From the IMG/VR virus record IMGVR_UViG_3300017917_002441, positions 85,074 to 149,073 of that record: a DNA stretch of 64,000 nt; one strand, 5' to 3'. This document shows, piece by piece, positions 8,400 to 17,528 of this stretch (the first letter of the stretch is position 1; every line of letters starts with the position of its first letter). The DNA comes from a virus. Below the pieces are notes generated by a model, which made no database searches, had not been told where the DNA came from, and saw only the letters and a list, made by a program, of their open reading frames with translations. The position numbers and the translations under genes are program-made.

Positions 8400-8666
8400 A
8401 TGGAATTTACAAAATTTGATCTAAACAAGATGTTTGACATCACTACAGCTATTGACAGCCTAGAAAAAGGTGCCGCTAGCGTGGTTGGCTACTTGCCCGA
8501 ACAAGTTCGTGGCACAGTGGAAACAGTGAACAAAGCCAACTTTGATTTGGCACGTAACAGCGCCAAGGCAGTGACCAAGTACATTGAAGTTGTGCAAAAG
8601 GTTACCAAAGAATCCACTGAAGGATTCACCAAAGCTGTAGAAAAAACAGTTAAGGCCGCTGCCTAA
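8400..8666 (+). CDS. Phasin-like amphipathic helical protein
   Basis: 88 aa, Ala/Lys/Thr-rich and predicted helical, strong AAGGAG RBS, PhaR-like box upstream. Family assignment is inference. Confidence 0.45.
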   Translation: MEFTKFDLNKMFDITTAIDSLEKGAASVVGYLPEQVRGTVETVNKANFDLARNSAKAVTKYIEVVQKVTKESTEGFTKAVEKTVKAAA

Positions 8667-8690
8667 TCTGTTGTTTTTTTACAACACTCA

Positions 8691-8720
8691 AAGCCTCCCC
8701 TAGCGGGAGGTTTTCTTTTG
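8691..8720 (+). terminator. Rho-independent terminator
   Basis: AAGCCTCCC-CTAGC-GGGAGGTTT followed by TCTTTT. Confidence 0.75.
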
Positions 8721-8721
8721 G

Positions 8722-8751
8722 TTGACTAATTATTGACTTTTCTGCTATACT
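8722..8751 (+). promoter_or_regulatory. Sigma70-type promoter
   Basis: TTGACT-N18-TATACT with extended -10 TG. Confidence 0.55.
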
Positions 8752-8782
8752 AGCTATACGATTGTAACCTAGAGGAAAGTCA

Positions 8783-9475
8783 ATGAAACACACTGTTATG
8801 AGTATTGCTGTAGTAGCCGCCCTAGGCTTGTCAGCATGTAGTTCAACTAAAACTGCTGATGTCGGCGCCGGCGCCTTGGTGTCACCTGGGGCACAACAAG
8901 CCATCAGCGAGCAACGTCTTGAAAACAGTTTCAAGAGACAAGGTATCAAAGTCGTTTACTCAATGTCGGGCAAGCTTGAGGCAATTGAAACCACAGGCTA
9001 TGCGCCAGTCTGGGGCAGTAGCCAAAATGCCGCACGTGAAGCATTTCGTGTTGCAGAGCTAGAAGCCAAGAAGTCGCTTAATGACTTTATTAATCAAGAA
9101 ACTATTCGTACTTCAACTTCTGTACGCATGATTTCCAAGAACTTGGAAAAAGCCACAGACAACAAAACCAACAACTTTGCCACAAATCGCGGACGCGATT
9201 CAGTAGCAGCCATGACCGAGGATGGTGACTTGACTGGCGAAACTCAAGCTGGCGATGTCAACCGCGAAGAGAATACCGCACTACGCAAGGATGCGCTGGC
9301 CATTGCTAGTCGTGTAAACACCACAATTGTTACACAAAACCGTGGTATCCTTGGTGGCTTGTACCTTGTGGAGGGCAACGTCATCAATGATGGCAAAACT
9401 GTGCGTGTGGTATATCGTTGGGACGAAAAGCACACCGAAGTTCGCAAAATGGTTCGCAACGCAATGGCGCAATAA
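8783..9475 (+). CDS. Lipoprotein (LPP20-like)
   Basis: Lipobox LSAC; AFRVAELEAKKSL helix and a C-terminal beta segment resemble LPP20-like proteins. Confidence 0.6.
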   Translation: MKHTVMSIAVVAALGLSACSSTKTADVGAGALVSPGAQQAISEQRLENSFKRQGIKVVYSMSGKLEAIETTGYAPVWGSSQNAAREAFRVAELEAKKSLNDFINQETIRTSTSVRMISKNLEKATDNKTNNFATNRGRDSVAAMTEDGDLTGETQAGDVNREENTALRKDALAIASRVNTTIVTQNRGILGGLYLVEGNVINDGKTVRVVYRWDEKHTEVRKMVRNAMAQ

Positions 9476-9477
9476 TC

Positions 9478-10554
9478 ATGCGTTGGCTAGCAACTGTTCT
9501 GGCTGTGGTGTTGCTGTCACAGCCAGTTCAAGCACAAACTGTTGGGGCGGCATTGCTGATACCCAGCCCTGTTAGTGTTGCACTCACACTTGGCCACTGG
9601 GTCATGACACGTGACAACCGCAAGGTGTTTTACGTAGAGGTACAAAGCCAGGCCGAAACTTTCACCGCGGCTCGCAGTGAAGGTTATAGGTTAGCAGTGG
9701 AACATGCTGTGGGCAGTTTGATCTTGAGCGAAACAGAAGTGCGTAACAGTCGCATGACACGTGAAGAAATCACTACCTATGCATCGGGTTACGTAGATCG
9801 GTTTGAAGTTGTTAGCGAGAAAAAAGTACCCGGCGGTGTGCAACTGCACATGAAGGTATGGGTTGCGCACTCAGCGTTGGCAAACCGCTTGCTAAACCAA
9901 AGTGCCACAGCTGGCCGAGTAGAGGGCGAACGTATAAATGCGCAGATTGAAACATTTCGCACTGAACGCCAAGCTGGAGACCGTGTGTTGAATGCAGTGC
10001 TACGTGACTTTCCGCATAGAGCATTTGATTTCCGTATGGAACCTACTCAAGTCATAGTTGACAATCAACGCAGGCCGCATTTGAGAATTGTATTTTCTAT
10101 GAGTTGGAACACTGCATATCTCACAGCACTGGGCGAAGCAGTGACCAAGGTAAATCAACGTCAAAACTGTAACAGTTGGCTCAAGCACTGCCAAACCACA
10201 AACACCGTGCAAGTGGTAATGAACAACTACAGCTCAAACCCACAGGGTTGGTTTGACGACAATGTAGCCTGGAACATTTTTCATGAACACTTGATCCTAA
10301 GCAAGCCTCAAATACTAGTAACCATTCGTGATGCCGGTGGAACCAAACGATTTGAACAGTGCTGGAGCGCAGCCGAGCTGGATCACAGCAGTTATGCGCC
10401 CTGGCATTATGCCGAAGTTGGGCCCGGAGCGGTCACGGTACACGGACTCAAACAACGCAAATTTGATGGATTTTTGGATATATCCAATCAGCGTGTAGAA
10501 ACGTTTGATCGGGTAGAATTGCGAGCTGTAAGGGCAACTCAGTGTCCGGCTTAG
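9478..10554 (+). CDS. Secreted protein with an FlgT-N/LPP20-like N-terminal domain
   Basis: Signal peptide; ARSEGYRLAVEHAVGSLILSETEV and EITTYASGYVDRFEVV motifs. Confidence 0.5.
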   Translation: MRWLATVLAVVLLSQPVQAQTVGAALLIPSPVSVALTLGHWVMTRDNRKVFYVEVQSQAETFTAARSEGYRLAVEHAVGSLILSETEVRNSRMTREEITTYASGYVDRFEVVSEKKVPGGVQLHMKVWVAHSALANRLLNQSATAGRVEGERINAQIETFRTERQAGDRVLNAVLRDFPHRAFDFRMEPTQVIVDNQRRPHLRIVFSMSWNTAYLTALGEAVTKVNQRQNCNSWLKHCQTTNTVQVVMNNYSSNPQGWFDDNVAWNIFHEHLILSKPQILVTIRDAGGTKRFEQCWSAAELDHSSYAPWHYAEVGPGAVTVHGLKQRKFDGFLDISNQRVETFDRVELRAVRATQCPA

Positions 10555-10623
10555 GTTGGATAAGTACTAGCGATGTCCAAGATCTGTGTTACACTTAATA
10601 TACATAGATAAAGGTCTAATAGA

Positions 10624-11208
10624 ATGTCTGATAAAATGTCCCAAGATATTGATCTAGAAAAATCACCCGGTCAGCTGTTGCAAGACAATGGCATGTACGT
10701 TTTCATGGATGACGTTGACAACGACACCATTAGGCCCATTGTTGAGTGGATCTTGGTAGAAAACCATGTTACTAAACGCAAGAAAAAAGAATTGCTGTTG
10801 ATGATTTGCAGTTCTGGCGGGGAAATGGAGCCAGCATTTGCACTGATTGATGTTATGAAGAGCAGTTCTATTCCCATTAAAACAGTGGGCTTGGGACAAA
10901 TATCCAGCTGTGGACTGCTGATCTTTTTAGCAGGCGCACGTGGACGCAGGATCCTTACACCTAACACATCAATTTTAAGTCACCAATACAGCTGGGGCAG
11001 TGAAGGTAAACATCACGAACTATGGGCAATGACCAAGGAGTTTGGTCTGGCGCAAGAACGTATGTTGCGCCATTACAAAGAATGCACTGGCTTGAGTCAT
11101 GAAGAAATCAAAGACAAACTGTTGCCACCGCATGATGTGTGGCTCAGCTCAAAAGAAGCCCTGGACCTGGGCATTTGCGATTACGTCAGCGACTTAACCA
11201 AGAAATAA
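10624..11208 (+). CDS. ClpP-like serine protease (divergent copy)
   Basis: ICSSGGE, GQISSCG (Ser), LSHQ (His), HDVWLSSKEALDLGICD (Asp). Confidence 0.85.
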   Translation: MSDKMSQDIDLEKSPGQLLQDNGMYVFMDDVDNDTIRPIVEWILVENHVTKRKKKELLLMICSSGGEMEPAFALIDVMKSSSIPIKTVGLGQISSCGLLIFLAGARGRRILTPNTSILSHQYSWGSEGKHHELWAMTKEFGLAQERMLRHYKECTGLSHEEIKDKLLPPHDVWLSSKEALDLGICDYVSDLTKK

Positions 11209-12789
11209 TTAACGACGTCGTTCACGACCCAGTGTTGTAGCACTGTAGTCGGGCTCACGTGTCTTGGCGGCTTTTACGCCAGGGCCAGTCAATCTTGATC
11301 CTGATGTGACCTGATCTAACTTTTCTGTTTCGGCTTCGGCGTCTACTGGTGCCGCATCCACTGGCACATCTGTATCTTTGTTGCCGCCACCGTTGTAGCT
11401 GAAACTGATACGCCCAATAATGCCTGTTGCTGAATACACCTTTGTGGCATCTAGGCCCACAGTACCACGGAAGTCAGGCGGATACTTTGAAGTAAACCCT
11501 GTGACAGTGTAGTTACCACTTTTTTCATTGCCATTGAGGTGTAGCTGAATAATAGGACTTACATTCAAGAACTTCAAGCAGGCTTCGCCAAACTTGGGGT
11601 CTTGGTTAACGTTTACAGCAACACGGCGAGCCAGTGCTGCCAAGGCATGATATCCGCGATTGTATCTAGGATTGTCTGTTTTGGCTTTGATGTCGCCCAT
11701 GAGCTCTACTATGGCTGGATTGGTACTTTCAGCATTGGTCTTGATCATTTGCTTGATTTCTGTGCCAGTGGCCTCATCAATCAAACCTTGTTTGATACCG
11801 TACACTATGGGGAAGTCTACAGCACTGAGTTTACCGATTTCCTCAATGATTGCAACTTGTGGTTGGTAGGAATTCAGCAACGTTTCCATTTTCTTTTTAC
11901 GTGCTGTTTCAACACCGTCAGAAATGTTTTTAACAGATGCGCTGGCACCTTTTTCGCCCTTGCTTGAAATGCCAATTTCCACACCACTGGGGTGAAATAG
12001 GTAACTGTCCACAAGTCCGTTGTTTTTGTCAGCTGGGAAGTTGATTTGACTGCCTTCAAAACTGCCCCTGGGGCCTAGGATATCTTTACGTGCGGCTTCT
12101 GCCCCGGCACCCATGTTCATGCCTTGTATCAGTGCAATAGGACCAATGGTTTCGCCCAAGTCATCTCGCACAGCAGTGGCCATTTCGCCAACGTTGTCAA
12201 ATGTGGGCAGTTTGCCTGTTAGCAATACATCCATACCTGGGCGTATTTTGTCTATATGTGCCAGTTGATCTGGCGTAGTACCTGGGCGTGTGCCCATGGC
12301 AGCCACAGTGTCAGCTGGGGTAGCAAAAGTTGAGTTTGCTGGGAAGAGATCTGCTGGCTTGAGTTTGTAATATGCGCCTTTGAGACTCACTGCTTTGTTT
12401 AATTGCCAACCGCCGGGAAGGTCGTTGTTTTTCCAGAATCCAGCCATGTCTGGTTTGATTTCGTTGAAGAATCTACCAAAGTATGTTTTTTCCCCCGGCG
12501 CTGGCCCATCAAAGGTAAGTATGGCAAATGCTTTGGTAGCCGGGCCAGGCTTGTTGCTCCAAGTTATAGCTGGGTATTGTTTGAACAACTCTACCCCTAC
12601 AACAGCCATTTCATCGTAGTTGGCATACGCACCGGGCATGCTGGGATAATATTCGGCTTTGTCAAACACAATTTCCGCAGTGGGGTTGTCTTTTGTGCCT
12701 TGGAAAAAGCTGTCGCCTTTTTCTCGGTACAATAAGCCGCGTGATTTTTCCATTAACAGTGAATCTAACCGATCTAGTATGTCTCTCAT
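11209..12789 (-). CDS. Hypothetical protein, probable late/virion protein
   Basis: Long ORF, likely start MRDILDRLDSLLME; TAAGTA late-like motif upstream; D-x(9)-ISSK segment hints at a PD-(D/E)xK-like fold. Confidence 0.7.
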   Translation of the reverse strand: MRDILDRLDSLLMEKSRGLLYREKGDSFFQGTKDNPTAEIVFDKAEYYPSMPGAYANYDEMAVVGVELFKQYPAITWSNKPGPATKAFAILTFDGPAPGEKTYFGRFFNEIKPDMAGFWKNNDLPGGWQLNKAVSLKGAYYKLKPADLFPANSTFATPADTVAAMGTRPGTTPDQLAHIDKIRPGMDVLLTGKLPTFDNVGEMATAVRDDLGETIGPIALIQGMNMGAGAEAARKDILGPRGSFEGSQINFPADKNNGLVDSYLFHPSGVEIGISSKGEKGASASVKNISDGVETARKKKMETLLNSYQPQVAIIEEIGKLSAVDFPIVYGIKQGLIDEATGTEIKQMIKTNAESTNPAIVELMGDIKAKTDNPRYNRGYHALAALARRVAVNVNQDPKFGEACLKFLNVSPIIQLHLNGNEKSGNYTVTGFTSKYPPDFRGTVGLDATKVYSATGIIGRISFSYNGGGNKDTDVPVDAAPVDAEAETEKLDQVTSGSRLTGPGVKAAKTREPDYSATTLGRERRR

Positions 12790-12842
12790 TTGCATAGTTC
12801 CAAAGAATATGTTATACTTATCTAACACAACAAGGAGAAAAG

Positions 12843-13037
12843 ATGTTTACACCGCACTATTTCATTGACAACGTACAACAACTCAAACGCAATACTGTAG
12901 CCAGTTTAGTAAGTAATCCTGTGCTCAAGGATGAAATGCTTACTTTGATTGATGCACAAACACAATTTTACAAATCCACAGTCAATAGTTCGCTGGCAAT
13001 TCTTGCCGCAACAGTCAAGACCGTTGAACCCAAATAA
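12843..13037 (+). CDS. Small helical protein, possibly phasin-like
   Basis: AAGGAG RBS; amphipathic FIDNVQQLK...LIDAQTQFYK. Confidence 0.55.
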   Translation: MFTPHYFIDNVQQLKRNTVASLVSNPVLKDEMLTLIDAQTQFYKSTVNSSLAILAATVKTVEPK

Positions 13038-13049
13038 CAAGGAAACCCT

Positions 13050-13640
13050 GTGCCTAATCTAGTACCCATTGTTCTTGAACAAACCTCCAAAGGTGAACGC
13101 AGTTACGACATCTATAGCCGTTTGCTGAAAGACCGCATTATCATGCTGGACAACGAAGTCAGTGAGCACAGCGCCAGCTTGATTGTAGCTCAATTGTTGT
13201 TTCTTGAAAGCGAAGATCCCGACAAAGACATTAGCTTTTACATCAACTCTCCTGGCGGCGTAGTCACAGCAGGTATGGCAATTTACGATACCATGCAGTT
13301 TATCAAGCCCGATGTACAGACCATTGTCATGGGACAGGCCTGCTCCATGGGTTCGTTGTTGGCGCAAGCCGGAGCCCCGGGCAAACGCATGATACTGCCC
13401 AATGCCAGACACATGATTCATCAGCCCAGCGGTGGTGCTCGTGGACAAGCCACAGACATACAGATTCAAGCTCAAGAAATACTCAAAATGAAAAAGAACT
13501 TGACAGAAGTTTATGTCAAACATAACTCAGCTGACAAAACATTTGAACAGCTCAGTGCTGACATGGAACGCGATTTCTTTATGAGTGCAGAAGAAGCAGT
13601 GGCCTATGGGTTAGCAGACAAGATTATTGACAAACGCTGA
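13050..13640 (+). CDS. clpP: ATP-dependent Clp protease proteolytic subunit
   Basis: Near-canonical: [50 protein letters not shown]. Confidence 0.96.
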   Translation: MPNLVPIVLEQTSKGERSYDIYSRLLKDRIIMLDNEVSEHSASLIVAQLLFLESEDPDKDISFYINSPGGVVTAGMAIYDTMQFIKPDVQTIVMGQACSMGSLLAQAGAPGKRMILPNARHMIHQPSGGARGQATDIQIQAQEILKMKKNLTEVYVKHNSADKTFEQLSADMERDFFMSAEEAVAYGLADKIIDKR

Positions 13641-14779
13641 TGTTTTTCCATATAGACAAACAATCACAAGAGAATTACCCCTGTCACTGGCAGCTGGGTA
13701 ATTTTTCTATCAGTACTGACACCGGATGGCAGCTTGCTCAAGCCGGAGACCGTGTAGTTTTATACAAAGGTTATGTTGACAATGGCCCTATAGAATCTTT
13801 TCTAGAACAAATAGTACAGCAGGTCACTCCCCAGTTAACTGGTAATTTTTGTTTGCTCACGCTAGATCAAGGCAAAGTTTGCATCAAAACGGATCTATAT
13901 CGAAGTTTTCCCATTTACATTGGCAACCACAATGTCAATAACTTGATCCCGCAGGATCGCATTGCATGGTGTGATAGCCTGGTCACTGTAGACAATGATT
14001 TTTGTGTCACTGAAAACAAGTTTGATGTGATTGGTAATACAGAAATCAAAATCAGTGCCATTGATGACATTGATGCTCGGCTGACCAAAAAAGTGCAACA
14101 ATTTGGTCAACAAGTCAGCCAACCCATAAAGATTTTTTTAAGTGGTGGAGTGGACACGCTGTTGGTGTATAGTTACGTAAAAAAATTACAAATACCACAT
14201 GAACTGGTTTGGAATCAGCACTGTGATTTAGACTGGTTCACGTTGCAAAATCACAGCGAAATGCAAAAACACTGGGGCTATACTCAGATACACTATTGGA
14301 AAGATTCAACTGTGCTGGCATCGGGCGCACCTGGCGATGAATTTACGTTGCGTAGTCCAACCACAGCCAACTGGTATTTGTTGCACCATGGTACCAATAT
14401 TTTAGATTTGTTGTTGGACTATCCCTCCTGTTTGCATCGTGAATATTTTACCAGGTACACAGATGCACTTCGGCAACAAATACAAAGTTACAAACCCGCT
14501 GACAGTGATGCTGATTTAGTCTGGAAATTGTGTAACAATGTATCAAATGACTGGCAACATTGGCACATTGGTAAAACTTTGACCTGGACGCCTTTGCGTG
14601 ATTTGGAGTTGTTCAAAATGTTTTTGTCATTGCCTCGGGAACTAGCCACACAACAGATTATGGACAGTGCGGTCAGCAAAACCTTGATTGAGCGCAATAG
14701 TCCCGGTCTGACCGCTGTGCTCAGTGATCAAAAAAATCATGGAAACTTCATGAAAAACTTGACAAAAATACTACAATAA
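13640..14779 (+). CDS. Asparagine synthetase-like (PP-loop) protein
   Basis: FLSGGVDT PP-loop, SGAPGDE, degenerate glutaminase-like N-terminal region. Confidence 0.65.
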   Translation: MFFHIDKQSQENYPCHWQLGNFSISTDTGWQLAQAGDRVVLYKGYVDNGPIESFLEQIVQQVTPQLTGNFCLLTLDQGKVCIKTDLYRSFPIYIGNHNVNNLIPQDRIAWCDSLVTVDNDFCVTENKFDVIGNTEIKISAIDDIDARLTKKVQQFGQQVSQPIKIFLSGGVDTLLVYSYVKKLQIPHELVWNQHCDLDWFTLQNHSEMQKHWGYTQIHYWKDSTVLASGAPGDEFTLRSPTTANWYLLHHGTNILDLLLDYPSCLHREYFTRYTDALRQQIQSYKPADSDADLVWKLCNNVSNDWQHWHIGKTLTWTPLRDLELFKMFLSLPRELATQQIMDSAVSKTLIERNSPGLTAVLSDQKNHGNFMKNLTKILQ

Positions 14780-14839
14780 AATCAATGACTTAGCAACGTA
14801 TTTTTGTTGGTTGACCAAAAAACCCCATTTTGCTACAAT
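14780..14839 (+). promoter_or_regulatory. Early promoter cassette with upstream AATCAATGACTTAGC element
   Basis: 15-mer at 14780-14794, then TTGACC(14811)-N17-TACAAT. Confidence 0.7.
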
Positions 14840-14868
14840 AGAGTTACTGTGTTAAACAAGGAGCCAAA

Positions 14869-15210
14869 ATGGAATACACTGTAGAGCAAGTCAAAGCAAT
14901 CGTGGCCGAAGCCCGCGAAGAAGCAAAAAAGGCCGCTGATGAGTTTTTCCAAAAAAAATTGGGAGGCCAAGATCAGTATGCTTGTGGGTTTGCCTGGGTC
15001 AATATCTACGGCGTCAAAGGCAACACCAAGCTGGGCAAAACTCTCAAAGCCGCTGGTCTCAAACAAGACTATACCAAGGCGTTTAGCATCTGGAATCCCA
15101 GCGAACACAATTGCCAAAATATCGATACCAAAGAAGCTGGCGCCAATGCCGCGGCCAAGGTGTTTGAGAAATATGGTTTTCGTGCCTATGCTGGTTCACG
15201 TTTGGATTAA
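14869..15210 (+). CDS. Phage hypothetical protein
   Basis: AAGGAG RBS behind a promoter; CGFAWV and SRLD-terminal motif. Confidence 0.8.
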   Translation: MEYTVEQVKAIVAEAREEAKKAADEFFQKKLGGQDQYACGFAWVNIYGVKGNTKLGKTLKAAGLKQDYTKAFSIWNPSEHNCQNIDTKEAGANAAAKVFEKYGFRAYAGSRLD

Positions 15211-15219
15211 GGGGAGATC

Positions 15220-15384
15220 ATGACTGTAAATGACCTGCGCGAACAAATCTCAGTCCTAGATGACACTGAGCTTTGGAATCAACTTGAGCTTTACCAAGGC
15301 CTGCAAAGTCGTGGTGTACGCGATGAAATCATGCTCACACTGTTGGAAGACGAGACCTACAGCCGGACAGAATTAGACATTTAG
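15220..15384 (+). CDS. Small hypothetical protein (54 aa, not in ORF track)
   Basis: GGGGAG RBS; MTVNDLREQISVLDDTELWNQLEL...TELDI*. Confidence 0.65.
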   Translation: MTVNDLREQISVLDDTELWNQLELYQGLQSRGVRDEIMLTLLEDETYSRTELDI

Positions 15385-15391
15385 TCTCCGC

Positions 15392-15451
15392 CCTGGTCCA
15401 ATCTGGGCAGATGCTAGGCATCCTAAGTCCTAAATCCAGGATAAAGATTGG
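15392..15451 (+). ncRNA. Candidate pseudoknotted RNA element
   Basis: CCTGG/CCAGG crossing CCAATCT/AGATTGG, with nested GGGC/GTCC and GATGC/GCATC. Confidence 0.3.
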
Positions 15452-15457
15452 TAACGT

Positions 15458-15511
15458 GCTAAGTCATTGATTTCTAAAGGAAAATTTTTCTAATAGAATC
15501 AATGACTTAGC
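15458..15511. repeat. 15-bp perfect inverted repeat
   Basis: GCTAAGTCATTGATT-N24-AATCAATGACTTAGC. Confidence 0.85.
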
Positions 15512-15525
15512 TACGTATAAAACAG

Positions 15526-15566
15526 TTGACCAAAAATGCCCAATTTGCTATAATATAGGTATAGTG
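15526..15566 (+). promoter_or_regulatory. Early promoter cassette (repeat family)
   Basis: TTGACCAAAAATGCCCAATTTGCTATAATATAGGTATAGTG. Confidence 0.8.
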
Positions 15567-15584
15567 AACGAAAAGGAGCAAGCA

Positions 15585-15962
15585 ATGAGTGAGCAATTCA
15601 AGAGCTGGGAAGAACTGAGTCGCAAAGAGCAGTTGGCCGCTACTCACTATGATTTTTACAAAGACGTTCATGGCATCCGCCCACGTTGGATGAACTATGA
15701 CGACATGACCGAAGCCGAGCTCGAAGCCGAACTTGAGCAGTTGGGTCGTGAAAGCGAAATCCAAGCTCGCGAAGAGCAGTGCCAACAAGAAGCCGCGGCT
15801 CATGATTTTGAAACTCGTGTGCAGATGTTGTTGGGCGCAGGTGCCAAGACACGTGAGCAAGCTATTAAATGGATACACGAAGCCGAAGGTTCGGATGGTG
15901 ACGATGAGTACTTGTGCTTCTTGCTAGGTTTACGATATGGTTATTTTAGGAAGGCGGCCTAA
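15585..15962 (+). CDS. Phage hypothetical protein
   Basis: AAGGAG RBS; YDFYKDVHGIRPR motif. Confidence 0.8.
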   Translation: MSEQFKSWEELSRKEQLAATHYDFYKDVHGIRPRWMNYDDMTEAELEAELEQLGRESEIQAREEQCQQEAAAHDFETRVQMLLGAGAKTREQAIKWIHEAEGSDGDDEYLCFLLGLRYGYFRKAA

Positions 15963-16147
15963 TGGACAAGAAGAAATTGTATAGCATACGTTATACCTTG
16001 AGCCCAGATCAGATCATGACCTTTGTGGGCGGCTTACACGGCATGCAGGCCGATATGATCGAAGAGGTTGTGGCTCGTAAGGAAAAAGAGGGATTCCCCG
16101 AAGCCACCGCAGTTATTGAACACATCAAGTCACTGGATAAGAAATGA
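15962..16147 (+). CDS. Hypothetical protein
   Basis: Translationally coupled ORF. Confidence 0.65.
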   Translation: MDKKKLYSIRYTLSPDQIMTFVGGLHGMQADMIEEVVARKEKEGFPEATAVIEHIKSLDKK

Positions 16148-16500
16148 AAATTTTTCAAGAAGTTACTAGCTGGGCCGACGTTGCAGTGCCTCCCAACCAT
16201 GTGTATCTCATGGACGGTGACAAGGCCTATGCATACGTGCCCTGGGGCAAAGGTAAGCCGCAGTACTTCAAGAATTTCATTAGGCTTGATCGACGCGGCC
16301 GCAAGTTTGTAGAAGTTAAACAAGACACTTGGGGATTCAAGTTTGATGCAGAGCCACAAGGCCGTAGTTGGACAGTAAAAGGTAGCAAAGGCGACGAGTA
16401 TCATGTCACAGAAAACAGTGGAGATTTCCAGTGTACGTGTACCGGCTTTAGGTTCCGCGGAGCCTGTAAGCACATCGAAAGTATTCGTCAAGCGGTTTGA
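16144..16500 (+). CDS. SWIM zinc-finger protein
   Basis: VKGSKGDEYHV...CTCTGFRFRGACKHI. Confidence 0.8.
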   Translation: MKIFQEVTSWADVAVPPNHVYLMDGDKAYAYVPWGKGKPQYFKNFIRLDRRGRKFVEVKQDTWGFKFDAEPQGRSWTVKGSKGDEYHVTENSGDFQCTCTGFRFRGACKHIESIRQAV

Positions 16501-16510
16501 CAGCGTTTCA

Positions 16511-16657
16511 ATGGAACAGTGGGGCGAGATGCGTGATTGGTGCTACAACAATCTCTACCACGGTGGTTACTATGAGCCCAACTGGCATCATCAATACCCC
16601 AGTTTCTATTTCACAGACGAAAAGGAATATACTCTGTTCTTGTTGAGGTGGGCATGA
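16511..16657 (+). CDS. Small FxLRW-family hypothetical protein
   Basis: MRDWC...FYFTDEKEYTLFLLRWA. Start uncertain. Confidence 0.55.
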   Translation: MEQWGEMRDWCYNNLYHGGYYEPNWHHQYPSFYFTDEKEYTLFLLRWA

Positions 16658-16857
16658 TAAAGAAACAATATCACAGAATGACTCCAGGTTATTTCTACAA
16701 CTTTGTCAACAGTCAAAAAGATATGGATTCCTATATTGAAGATGGGTTGCGTCCATATAAGGCCACTTTGGGAAAGAGTAAGAATCGTAACTACAAGTTA
16801 AATGTAAAATGGCATGATCTAAAGATGTATGCAATATTTGTGTTGAGGTGGTCATGA
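16654..16857 (+). CDS. Small FxLRW-family hypothetical protein
   Basis: ATGA overlaps at both ends; ends AIFVLRWS. Confidence 0.55.
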   Translation: MIKKQYHRMTPGYFYNFVNSQKDMDSYIEDGLRPYKATLGKSKNRNYKLNVKWHDLKMYAIFVLRWS

Positions 16858-17144
16858 ACATTCAATATCGCTTTATAGGGTGGTGCAGGGACGAGCTTAA
16901 AAACGCCGACAAGGTCTGGGGTGCCATTGCCATCAGCAACAACAAATGCATTACCTTCTGGGGGCGTCGCGGCAAAGCTCTTCAAACCAAGGTGGTCAAT
17001 GATGACTGGGACCTTGACCGGCTGATCAACAAAAAACGCGACAAAGGATACCGCAGTGTTGACCAACAGCACTTGGAACGTGTGTATCCCGAATTCCAAA
17101 GTGACTTGGAACGTACCGCAGTTTGGGGGATGTTGCGGGCATAA
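16854..17144 (+). CDS. WGR-domain protein
   Basis: DKVW...TFWGRRGKALQTK...KKRDKGY. Confidence 0.7.
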   Translation: MNIQYRFIGWCRDELKNADKVWGAIAISNNKCITFWGRRGKALQTKVVNDDWDLDRLINKKRDKGYRSVDQQHLERVYPEFQSDLERTAVWGMLRA

Positions 17145-17148
17145 AAAA

Positions 17149-17172
17149 ATCTGGGGAGTTACCCCCAGATTT
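17149..17172. terminator. Probable bidirectional terminator between convergent genes
   Basis: A-tract, then ATCTGGGG-AGTTAC-CCCCAGAT-TT. Confidence 0.6.
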
Positions 17173-17345
17173 CTCGGTACTTCTGTAAAGCCAATTGTCT
17201 GGCCATGTACAATCTTAACTTGACATAATCTGAAAGTTCTTCCTCGTCCACCAAGTCAGGTCGCCGGTAACTGCGATGTACTGCATCAGCAAACTCAATT
17301 TCAACTTCACAATCTTCAAATTCGAGTATTATGGCCTGAGTTGGA

Positions 17346-17528
17346 TTACTTCTTAGCAGGCTCGGCTTTTTTAGCGTCGCTTTTGGCAGCTGGGGCCTGT
17401 GCTGTGGCTGGTGCTGGGGCACTAGCGGCAGGCTTGGCTTCCACCTTTTTTTCTTCTTTCTTGACAGGTGCTTGAGCAAAAGCAGACATTGCAAACACGG
17501 ATGCTACGATAGCGATAAATGATTTCAT
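17346..17528 (-). CDS. Small secreted Ala/Lys/Pro-rich protein
   Basis: AAGGA RBS; signal peptide MKSFIAIVASVFAMSAFA then a disordered KEEKK/PAA tail. Confidence 0.7.
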   Translation of the reverse strand: MKSFIAIVASVFAMSAFAQAPVKKEEKKVEAKPAASAPAPATAQAPAAKSDAKKAEPAKK

